DNA of 63,302 bases, filler included, from Octopus bimaculoides (Eukaryota): NCBI RefSeq assembly GCF_001194135.2. It is 9 parts of 8 records of this genome, joined end to end, with 100 filler letters (N's around TTAATTAATTAA, not from the genome) between each part and the next. Parts side by side here need not be neighbours in the genome. Positions count along the whole stretch, not along the records: positions 11,386 to 21,272 come from NC_069003.1; positions 21,373 to 26,129 come from NC_068983.1; 7 more parts are not named here. The stretch is one strand, 5' to 3'. Shown here piece after piece: positions 14,016-23,277 of the stretch. The notes beneath the pieces were generated by a model. That model saw nothing but the letters and a program-made list of their open reading frames with translations, was not told where the DNA came from and ran no database searches. Made by a program: the position numbers and the translations under genes. Within the stretch, counting starts at the first letter, position 1; every line of letters starts with the position of its first letter.

Positions 14016-14324
14016 CCGTGGCAGACTGGGTCTAGAAATATTGGTTGCCAGGAGACTAAGGGGGCCCACCCACAGCTACAAGGGGGCCCACCCGCAACTA
14101 CAATGCTATCATTTAATTTTTTTGGTTAAAAGTATTCTTTTCAACTGTCTACAAACACAGCCAGGCTGAAATAATGCATTCTTCCAAGAGTGAATAAGAA
14201 AATTCTGAAACTTGAGTGGATGGGCCTCTAGATACTAACATGGGGCCCTGTATATGGATTCTAATGGCGCAGCAGGGGCCCACTTGTCATCGGGAAAACC
14301 TGCAACCTGGCCAGTCTGCCACTG
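14016..14324. mobile_element. hAT-like MITE
   Basis: 14-bp TIRs C(C/A)GTGGCAGACTGG. 8-bp TSD AACATATT/CACATATT (7 of 8 match). Confidence 0.8.
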
Positions 14325-14773
14325 CACATATTAATGTCAATAATAAGACTTCCTGCGTTTTCTGGCCGGTGCTACTTTGGTGTGTGATCTACAACTTCAA
14401 GGGTGATTACTCTTCGTTAGTTTTAGTTTCTTTATGTTGCAAAACTCGTGGCTGCCAAACTTGTGTGATCTACATGCTTATTTCAAGTATCGCATTGTTT
14501 ATTCTTGGTTTGTTATTATTATTCGCTAAGAGATAAATGGAATATGGTTTCATTATTATTAAAATACTAACAGTTTTGAAAAAAATACATTTACAATGTT
14601 AAGTGTGTACCAAAGAATTTATTGTAAAAACATCTTTAGCCAACAGTTAAGGGTTTTTAGAAATTGGAAAGTAAACTAAAAAGTAACCTAAAGTAATCTC
14701 CCTTTAGGTTATAGATCACACGCCGAAATAGAGACTTACTTTCGGAAGCAATAAAACTGTTGGGAACCTTATT

Positions 14774-14983
14774 CTTTTCTACTCTAGGCACAAGGCCCGA
14801 AATTTGGGGTGCGGGGAGGGGCCAGTCGATTAGATCGACTCCCGTACGGAACTAGTACTTAATTTATCGACTGCGAAAGGCAAAGTCGACCTCGGCGGAA
14901 TTTGAACTCAGAACGTAAAGACAGACGAAATACCGCTAAGCATTTTGCCCGGCGTGCCAACGTTTCCACCAGCTCGCCGCCCT
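14774..14983 (-). mobile_element. tRNA-derived SINE family A, full length, with TSD
   Basis: Head GGCGGCGAGCTGGTGGAAACGTTGGCACGCCGGGC with B-box GAGTTCAAATTCC. TSD ACTGTTGGGA(A)CCTTATT at 14756-14773 and 14984-15000. Confidence 0.9.
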
Positions 14984-15538
14984 ACTGTTGGGACCTTATT
15001 GAGAATATTGTAGTTTTTCTGTGGATTTGGCCTCTTAAAATGTTGGGAATTCAATACTGGTAGTATTGAAGGTGCAGTCTTATGAGATAACATCTTTGAA
15101 AACTATATTCTTTGTTAAACATTTGACATCTGTTCTTCCTTGAGAGAGGTTTTCATAATTTACAATTATTTTAAATAATAATTGAATATCGAAAAGAATC
15201 TAAAACAAAACCCGTCTAATTTTTATTCTGTTACGGTAGGATCTCTTTGGTAAAGCTTTAACAAGTCTTATTTTTGTATTTTAGATTTTAATTTTTATAT
15301 CAGAGAAACGTTCTTGTGGTTCGATTTGAACCCATAGCAGACTAGCTGAACGTGCTTGTGGTTGGATTTGAACCCATAGCAGACTAGCTGTATCACTCAT
15401 CTGTAGGTTCTAGAAACATATAGGAAGTGTAGGAATGTTTGAGGGTTAAAGAGGTTCGTTTCACAATCAGTCGGCCATGTAAATATACACATATACACAC
15501 ACATCTAAACAAGAAAGGGAACCACTTCTAATACTTAC

Positions 15539-15656
15539 CAATTTAGCTTACAGGCAGAGCAAGACGATTTACAGTTTGTAAGCATGTAAACCGGATTTAT
15601 GTCACATTCGCCACTTTTGGCCCAGTGAGCACATTTAGCGTTATTATCAATGCAGG
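15539..15656 (-). CDS. ShKT-domain exon, most 3' copy: (P)CIDNNAKCAHWAKSGECDINPVYMLTNCKSSCSACKLN
   Basis: Acceptor cttctttatttgcag|CC and donor TG|gtaagt; 118 nt, phase 1 to 2. Cys spacing C-x6-C-x8-C-x10-C-x3-C-x2-C with WA..GEC..NP.YM, typical of ShKT. Not in the ORF track. Confidence 0.9.
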
Positions 15657-15745
15657 CTGCAAATAAAGAAGTGAACAGGAATTCTAATTTAGAAATAATA
15701 CATTTCTAAATCTCTCAGAGAGATTTATGCAGTTGTGATACGATG

Positions 15746-15952
15746 AAGTAGTTGTATGCTGTCAACTTAATGTGACAGTCCCCTGAAGGGAATAATACTA
15801 CTGGGTGGAGGTGCTTGTCTCCCCCTTGTAAACAAGGACACAGGAAATGTGTCAAGGCCGACAGGAAGCGGTGCAACTTCCTAGGTCTAACTAACAGTAA
15901 TATTATTCCCTTCAAGGGACTGCCACATTAAGTTGACAGCATACAACTACTT
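15746..15952. mobile_element. Hairpin MITE with approximately 58-bp TIRs
   Basis: AAGTAGTTGTATGCTGTCAACTTAATGTG..ACTG at 15746-15803 is the near-perfect reverse complement of 15895-15952. Confidence 0.8.
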
Positions 15953-16235
15953 TAGGAATTCTGTTTTGTTATAAATGTAAAATAAAGCATTTACTGGAGG
16001 GAGAAGGAGGTAAAGGAAGATAGAGAGAGAGAGAAAGAGTGTGTGTGTGTGTGTGTGTGTAAACAATTAGATGAACCCCATTACATACCTGGTAATATTT
16101 TATCGCCCTTAGAATTTTAAGAGAAGAGTTCAATAAACTACAACAAACAATTTTGCTTCAGTATTATCACCCACCACTGGCACCACCACAATCACAATCA
16201 CCACGCCAATTAAGATGGTAATAATAATAATAATA

Positions 16236-16630
16236 ATCCTGTTTACTGGAAGCACAAGACATCAAATTTGGGGGAAGGGATTAAGTCGATTACATCAAGA
16301 ATAGTGTGTAACTGGTATTTATTTAATCGACTTCGAAAGAATGAAATACTGCTTAGCATTTCGCCCAGCGTGTTACCGATTCTGCCAGCTCACCACCTTA
16401 ATAATAATAATAATAATCCTTTCTACAGTAGGCACAGGGCCTGGAATTTTGGGGAAGGGTATGAGTCAATTACATCGACCCCAATGTGTAACTGGTACTT
16501 ATTTAATCAACCCCGGAAGGATGAAAGGCAAAGTCGACCTCGGTGTAGTTTGAACTCGGAACTTAACGATGAAGGAAATGCCGTCAAGCCTTTTGCCTGG
16601 CGTGCTAATGATTCCGCCAATTCGTCGCCC
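16236..16630 (-). mobile_element. Two tandem family A SINE copies
   Basis: About 16236-16395 and 16420-16630, both similar to 14774-14983. Confidence 0.8.
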
Positions 16631-17044
16631 TACCACCATTCATATCATATTAAAGAGAGAATACCTGTGTGGTTTTGCACCTGTTGGCTTCTCCCCGAGG
16701 GCGTAGTGTGGAGATATTTTACCATAAGAGGACAATGAAATAAAACGGAATTTTGCCGTTCAAGTTTTACACACACACACACACACACACATTTAAGAGA
16801 ATGATGAATAACTTCACACTCGTGGCTTGCGGGTAACTCCGAGTATTGTACTCACCATTCCGAAATCAACACCAATCCTAACGCCCATTTCTTAAATTCC
16901 TTTCGCTATGAAATATTTGGAGGGTGTTTCTATTACATTTTGTTTTTAAAATCCTGTTAGTTTTCAAGAGAAACAACAGTAGGAAACGGGTGGAGCAGGA
17001 AAATTGAATAACAACCGGGTAGAAGAAGCCAAAGATAAACTTAC

Positions 17045-17185
17045 GTTCAACTACTCCTGGATTCAAAGGCTGAGAGTCACACAACTGACAAGAGTTTTTA
17101 CAGTAACTATGCATGTATATAGGATTCTTGTCACATTCCCCGTTATTGGCCCAATGAGAACACTTCTCATTTTGATCAAGACAAT
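17045..17185 (-). CDS. ShKT-domain exon: CLDQNEKCSHWANNGECDKNPIYMHSYCKNSCQLCDSQPLNPGVVE
   Basis: Acceptor ttattgtcgatttcag|AT and donor GAAC|gtaagt; 141 nt, phase 1-1; six Cys in ShKT spacing. Confidence 0.93.
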
Positions 17186-17339
17186 CTGAAATCGACAATA
17201 ATAATAATAACAACAATACCAATATATACCAATGGCCTACCAATGTATACAGTGAGTTTCTTTGTCCTAGGTGTTGGGAAGACACCCAGCAAAAAATTGA
17301 AACAAAATTGAAAGAAGTTAATAATAATAATGATGATAA

Positions 17340-17480
17340 TAATAGGCACAAGGCCTAACATTTGGCAGGAGGGGTAAGTCGATTGCATCAGCCCCAGTGT
17401 TTCACTGGTACTCATTTTATCGACCCCGAAAGGATGAAAAGCAAAGTCGACCTCGGCGTCGATTCTGCCAACTCATCGCC
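17340..17480 (-). mobile_element. Family A SINE, internally deleted
   Basis: Tail and head segments match 14774-14983. Confidence 0.7.
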
Positions 17481-17869
17481 CTATCACAATTCATATCATA
17501 TTCAAGAGAGAATACCTGTGTGGTTTCACACCTGTTGGCTTCTCCCTAAGGACGTAGCGTGAAGATATTTTTCCAGAAGAGGACAATGAAGGAAAATAGG
17601 ATTTTTGCCGTTTAAATTTCATATGCGCGCGCGCGCGCACACACATTTTGGAGAATGATGAGCAACTTCACACTCGTGGCTTGTGGGAAACTCCGAGTAC
17701 TGTACTCACCATTCCCAAATCAACACCAATCCTAACGTCCATTTGTTAAATTCCTTTCGCTATGAAATATTTGGAGGGTGTTTCTATTACATTTTGTTTT
17801 TAAAATCTCCTTACTTTTCAAAAGAAACAACAGTAGAAAACGGGTGGAGCAGGAAAAATGACAACTTAC

Positions 17870-18010
17870 GTTCAAATCCTACTAAATCTGAATTTGTGGA
17901 GCCGCACAACCAACAAGATTTCTTACAGTTACTATGCATATATATAGGGTTCTTGGCACATTCTCCGATAAAGGCCCAATAAGAACACTTCTCATTTTGA
18001 TCAAGACAAT
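17870..18010 (-). CDS. ShKT-domain exon: CLDQNEKCSYWAFIGECAKNPIYMHSNCKKSCWLCGSTNSDLVGFE
   Basis: Acceptor gtcgatttcag|AT and donor GAAC|gtaagt; 141 nt, phase 1-1. Confidence 0.93.
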
Positions 18011-18040
18011 CTGAAATCGACAATAATAATAATGATGATG

Positions 18041-18090
<50 letters not shown>

Positions 18091-18094
<4 letters not shown>

Positions 18095-18330
18095 TGTTGG
18101 TAGTGCACAGAGCCTTCCACCCTAAGAGTGATGCTGCTGTACTTGTTTGGAAGAAAGTTTGTAAGAAGTTTGATCAGTTGCCAGGATTGTATCGAAACAG
18201 ATGAAAACAGCTTATATAAGAATTACCGTGGAACCATTGTTGAAGCATTTGAAGAAGTCCGGCGTCATTAAAACTGATAATTGTGTAAAGAAAAGAAAAC
18301 TTAAAGAGGAAAAGAAAACACACACGTACA

Positions 18331-18366
<36 letters not shown>

Positions 18367-18650
18367 GAAACAGCATGGAAGGGGGAAAAATGTGCGGTCA
18401 GTTTGCAAGAGATACGGAAAATCGGTGGCAATGAATGCGGAGGAGTGATCTGTAGATGAGGACAGAAGCTCTTATATACGCAGCACAAGAACAAGCGTTA
18501 AGGACTAACTATGTGGAGTGCAGTATCGACAACACTACCGACAGCGACAAATGCAGAATGTGTGGTGAGATGGGTGAAACGATATGGCACATCGTTAGCG
18601 AATGTCCGAAATTGGCACAACGCGAATACGAAAAAAACGACATGACAACG
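18091..18650 (+). mobile_element. R4/Dong-like non-LTR retrotransposon fragment (RT thumb to CCHC knuckle)
   Basis: HRAFHPKSD.. followed by TEALIYAAQEQALRTNY..DKCRMCGEMGETIWHIVSECPKLAQREY. Disrupted by stops and a (CA)n tract; preceded by (AAT)n. Confidence 0.8.
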
Positions 18651-18850
18651 GCACAAAAGCCTGAAATTTGTGGGGAAAGGAATAGTCGATTACATCGACA
18701 CCAGTGTTTCACTGGCACTTAGTTTATGGACCCCGGAAAGATGAAAAGCAAATTCGACCTTAGCAGAATTTGAACTCAGAACTTAGCGATGGGCGAAATA
18801 AGTTAAGCTGTTTGCCCGGGATGCTAACGCTTCTGCCAGCTCGCCGCCTT
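18650..18850 (-). mobile_element. Family A SINE
   Basis: Head ..GGCGGCGAGCTGGCAGAAGCGTTAGC and matching tail. Confidence 0.8.
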
Positions 18851-19225
18851 GATGATGATAATGACGACGACGATGACGATGATGATTATGATGATAACAA
18901 TAACAACAACAACAATAATAATGGTTTCAAGTGTTGGTTCAAAGTCAACAAGACCACCCCACCCACAATCATTTTAGAGAATGATGAATTACTTCACACT
19001 CGTGGCATGCGGGTAACTCCGAGTACTGCACTCACCATTCCCAAATCAACACCAAGCCCCACCGGCCATTTGTAAAATTCCCTTCGCTATAAATTATTTG
19101 GAGGGTGTTTTTATTACATTTTGTTTTTAAAATCTCGTTAGCTTTCAAAAGAAATAACAGGAGAAAACGGGTGGAGCAGGAAAAGTGAAGGACAACCGGG
19201 TAGAAGAAGCCAAAGATAAACTTAC

Positions 19226-19366
19226 TTTCAGATACTCCTGGAACGTGAGTGTTAAAAGGACACATGTTACAAGATTTCTTACAGTTTGTATACATGTAGC
19301 TAGGGTTCTTGTCACATTCCCCGATAGTGGCCAAAAATGCGCAATCTTCATTTTGATCAAGACAAT
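19226..19366 (-). CDS. ShKT-domain exon: CLDQNEDCAFLATIGECDKNPSYMYTNCKKSCNMCPFNTHVPGVSE
   Basis: Acceptor gtcgatttcag|AT and donor GAAA|gtaagt; 141 nt, phase 1-1. The conserved Trp is replaced by Leu. Confidence 0.92.
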
Positions 19367-19427
19367 CTGAAATCGACAATGAAAATAATAATAATAGTAA
19401 TAATAATAATAATAATAATAATCATTA

Positions 19428-19665
19428 TTTCTACTCTAGGCACAAATTTTTTGGGAAAGGGGCTGATATCTATTTCATCGACTCGAAAGGGTGAAAGGCA
19501 AAGTCGACCTCGGCGGAATTTGAACTCGGTATGTAGCGGCTGACGAGATACCGCTAAGCATTTCGCATATCGACCTCGGCGTGGTTTGAACTCAGAACTT
19601 AAAATGAACGAAATGCCGCTAAGCTTTTTGCCTGTCGCGCTAACGATTCATCCAGCTTGCCGCCC
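19428..19665 (-). mobile_element. Family A SINE with partial internal duplication
   Basis: TCGACCTCGGCG..TTTGAACTC occurs twice (about 19505 and 19570). Confidence 0.75.
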
Positions 19666-19800
19666 TACAATCATTCATATCATATTAAAGAGAGAATACC
19701 TGTGTGGTTTTACACCTGTTGGCTTCTCTCTGAGGGCGTGGTGGGAAGATATTTTTCCATAAGAGGACACTGAGGGAAAACAGGACTTTTGCCGTTCAAG

Positions 19801-19867
<67 letters not shown>

Positions 19868-20241
19868 NNNNNNNNNNNNNNNNNNNNNNNNNNNNNNNNN
19901 NNNNNNNNNNNNNNNNNNNNNNNNNNNNNNNNNNNNNNNNNNNNNNNNNNNNNNNNNNNNNNNNNNNNNNNNNNNNNNNNNNNNNNNNNNNNNNNNNNNN
20001 NNNNNNNNNNNNNNNNNNNNNNNNNNNNNNNNNNNNNNNNNNNNNNNNNNNNNNNNNNNNNNNNNNNNNNNNNNNNNNNNNNNNNNNNNNNNNNNNNNNN
20101 NNNNNNNNNNNNNNNNNNNNNNNNNNNNNNNNNNNNNNNNNNNNNNNNNNNNNNNNNNNNNNNNNNNNNNNNNNNNNNNNNNNNNNNNNNNNNNNNNNNN
20201 NNNNNNNNNNNNNNNNNNNNNNNNNNNNNNNNNNNNNNNNN

Positions 20242-20296
<55 letters not shown>

Positions 20297-20318
20297 CAAT
20301 AACAACAACAACAACAAC

Positions 20319-20358
<40 letters not shown>

Positions 20359-20359
20359 G

Positions 20360-20590
20360 GTATAATAAAAAAATATTCAGACAAATACATAACAAAAACA
20401 CCAGGACTTACAAATATATATAACATACAGAAAATTGCACTACTGGGCACAGCACACATCCTACGCAAGACACTTGCAATACAGTAACCATAAGAGCACC
20501 ACAGCAAACTACAGCACATAGCCAAGGCACACAGAGCTGCGCTCGGTAGTGAAGTGAAAGTACGTTATGAAAATAAAACTACTGAATAAT
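20360..20590 (+). mobile_element. R4/Dong-like element 3' end
   Basis: ..YNIQKIALLGTAHILRKTLAIQ* followed by a short UTR and a (TAA)n tail. Confidence 0.8.
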
Positions 20591-20629
20591 AATAATAATA
20601 ATGATAATAATAATAATGAATAATATTAA

Positions 20630-21040
20630 TGTGGGGAGTAGAGAGAGGCAAGTCGTATGAGCATAAACTGCAGAGAAGGGTGGAGTCACAGACCTGAAAC
20701 ATCCTCTGCACTTTTCCAAGAGATTATTCACTTCACAGAAGACAGTATCAGAAATATGAATAAAAAGATAAGCAATAGAAAAGAAACAGGGCCTGGTAGT
20801 GTAGGGAGACGTTGGATAAAAGAAAGTTTAGCAGGTGCCATAAATTAATCGCAGATCAATTTAATGCATTGATTGATGGCGAAGAAGAAATGCTGGGCTG
20901 GTTGACAAAGGGACGAGTAGTGTTGTGTCTTAAGGATGAGTCTGAAGGAAATGCTGCCAATAATTACAGGTAAATTTCTTGCCTGTCATTAATGGAGAAG
21001 TTACTGTCAGGAGGAATTGCAGAAGAACTGTCTAGAACCC
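20630..21040 (+). mobile_element. R4/Dong-like RT N-terminal fragment
   Basis: GPGSVGRRWIK..QFNALIDGEEEMLGWLTKGRVVLCLKDESEGNAANNYR*ISCLSLMEKLLSG, a decayed version of the PG.D..W / NYRPITCL..WKLLT motifs. Confidence 0.75.
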
Positions 21041-21114
21041 TAAACATTTTGGTCGCTAAATCGTGTTGGCTGCTGCACCCACGCACCAGTTAAGATACCC
21101 AGAGAGAGAGAGAG

Positions 21115-21159
<45 letters not shown>

Positions 21160-21203
21160 GAAAAATGTAACAAAAAAACAAACAAACAAAACTGTATTCT
21201 TAC

Positions 21204-21255
21204 TGGAATTGGCGGCATCTGATATAACCTGATCGATGGCAGAGTCTGCAGACAC
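21204..21255 (-). CDS. Candidate upstream exon of the ShKT gene (VSADSAIDQVISDAANS if phase 0 to 1)
   Basis: Acceptor atttaatcacttttag|GT and donor TCCA|gtaaga; 52 nt. All three frames are open; phase 0 to 1 fits the ShKT acceptors. No recognisable homology. Confidence 0.35.
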
Positions 21256-21399
21256 CTAAAAGTGATTAAATANNNNNNNNNNNNNNNNNNNNNNNNNNNN
21301 NNNNNNNNNNNNNNNNTTAATTAATTAANNNNNNNNNNNNNNNNNNNNNNNNNNNNNNNNNNNNNNNNNNNNTATATATACATATATATATATATATAT

Positions 21400-21450
<51 letters not shown>

Positions 21451-21563
21451 TATGAATTGAAAGGGAAAACAGAAAGACGGTGGATAGAAAAGTGCGAGAT
21501 AGAGAAAGAGCGGGAAATAAAGTAAAAGAGAAAGAGACGAAGATGGAATAAGAGAAAAAGATA

Positions 21564-21970
21564 GAGTGGCTATGTGGTAAATAGCTTGCTTATGAACCAC
21601 ATGATTCCGGGTTCAATCCCACTGCGTGACACTTTGGGCAGGTGTCATCTACTATAGCCTTGGGCCGACCAAAGCCTTGTGAGTAGATTTGGTAGACGGA
21701 AACTGAAAAAAGCACGTCGAGTATATGTATATATATATATGTATGTGTGTGTATATGTTTGTGTGTCTATGTTTGTCCCGCCAACATCCTTTGATAACCG
21801 ATGCTGGTATGTTTACGTCCCCGTAACCTAGCGGTTCGGCAAAAGAGGCCGATAGAATAAGTATCTTGCTTGCAAAGAATAAGTCCTGCGGTCGATTTGC
21901 TCGACTAAAAGCGGTGCTCTAGCAAGGCCACATTCAAATGACTGAAACAAGTAAAAGAGTAAAAAAGAGA
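21564..21970 (+). mobile_element. tRNA-derived SINE family B, full length
   Basis: Head GAGTGGCTATGTGGTAA..GGGTTCAATCCCACTGCG, internal (TA/TG)n and tail ..GACTGAAACAAGTAAAAGAG. Confidence 0.9.
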
Positions 21971-22981
21971 GTAAAGGGACCGAAAGAGAGAAAGACCGAA
22001 ATAGAGAGAAAACCAAAAGCAGAGAGGGAGAAAGAGAGAAGAGAGAGAGAGACAGACAGACAGACAGTAGACAGGCAGACGAGCCACCTTACAGACAGAC
22101 AGACAAACAGATAAATTGACAATCAGACCAAGGGTCTCTGACCAGGTAGCTACCTTGAAACACGCGAATGTTCGAGCAATGACGCAAGCAGCGTGGTAGA
22201 AATATGTGTAATTACCCGATGCTCAGAAAATCCAATGGACGTGGAGGTGGCCATTTCTTGGTAAAGGGGAATTTTGAAGGTGTGAAACAGGTGTGATGAA
22301 AAACTTAGCTGGAAGACGTTCCGCTAATGAACATGCATTCTCTATTTAGTCATTACAGTTATATTATCTAACGTCCGTTACTTATTTCTAAGACATTAAG
22401 GCATGATTTTGGGGAAATTCTGAAAATTTCAGCTTGGAGAAGAATTGTGAGCGAGTTAGCAAATGGTAACATAAGAGAAATTAAGTGGATAAGATTTAAT
22501 GTCTTCATATGTACACGTATACATGCACATATGTAAGAACGTAAGTGTATGTATACATGTGTGTGTGTGTGAAAATACATATAAACATTGTGTATATATA
22601 TATATATATATATGTATGTATTATGTATGTATGTATGTATGTATGTATATTGTATCAGGATGACAGATTGTGTAATTGGACGGTAAAAACATGAAATCTG
22701 AAATAACTAATGAAAAGGAGAGAATTCTGAGAGAAAGAATGAGTTTGATAAGAAAGAGAAAAATTCTATGAAAGAGAGACAGAGGGGGAGAGGGAGAGAG
22801 AGAATTTGTGTGTGTGTATGTGTGTGTGCGTGTATGTGTGTGTGTGTGCGTGTTTGTGTGTGTGCGTGTGTACATGTTTTATATGCATCTATGTGTAAAA
22901 TATACATGCATAAATAGATAATTATATACATATATATATATATATTTATGTATATATACACGTGAAAGAGGAAAGAGCGCG

Positions 22982-23022
<41 letters not shown>

Positions 23023-23189
23023 GGGGGAGAGAGCATGAGAGAGCGAGAGCGTTGATACATGTGTACGTAGAGAGGAAGACAAAAAGGCGGCAATTACATA
23101 AGATATTGGCAGGTCAATTACAAATGCTGAAAGTGAGTATGCAACAATGCGCCACTTTAAGATCACCGACCTGATTCTATAAGCAAGTA

Positions 23190-23277
<88 letters not shown>

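Larger units (their letters stand above)
16630..19810. repeat. Tandem duplicated cassette (block B - (CA)n - block A - ShKT exon)
   Basis: Block B (CATATCATATT.AAGAGAGAATACCTGTGTGG..) at about 16635, 17490 and 19675. Block A (GAGAATGATGA..CTTCACACTCGTGGC..) at about 16797, 17651 and 18977. Each block A is followed by the ShKT exon. Confidence 0.9.

Noticed and set aside
16878-17351. 157-aa ORF that looks like signal peptide plus ShKT in one exon (likewise 19032-19379 and 17811-18023)
   Set aside because: The hydrophobic N-terminus comes from (AAT)n and SINE sequence. Conserved acceptor and donor sites bracket the 141-nt domain in all three copies, so the rest is intron read-through.
21564-21640. 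tRNA-like heads (here and in other SINEs) as tRNA genes
   Set aside because: They continue into SINE bodies and lack a complete cloverleaf.
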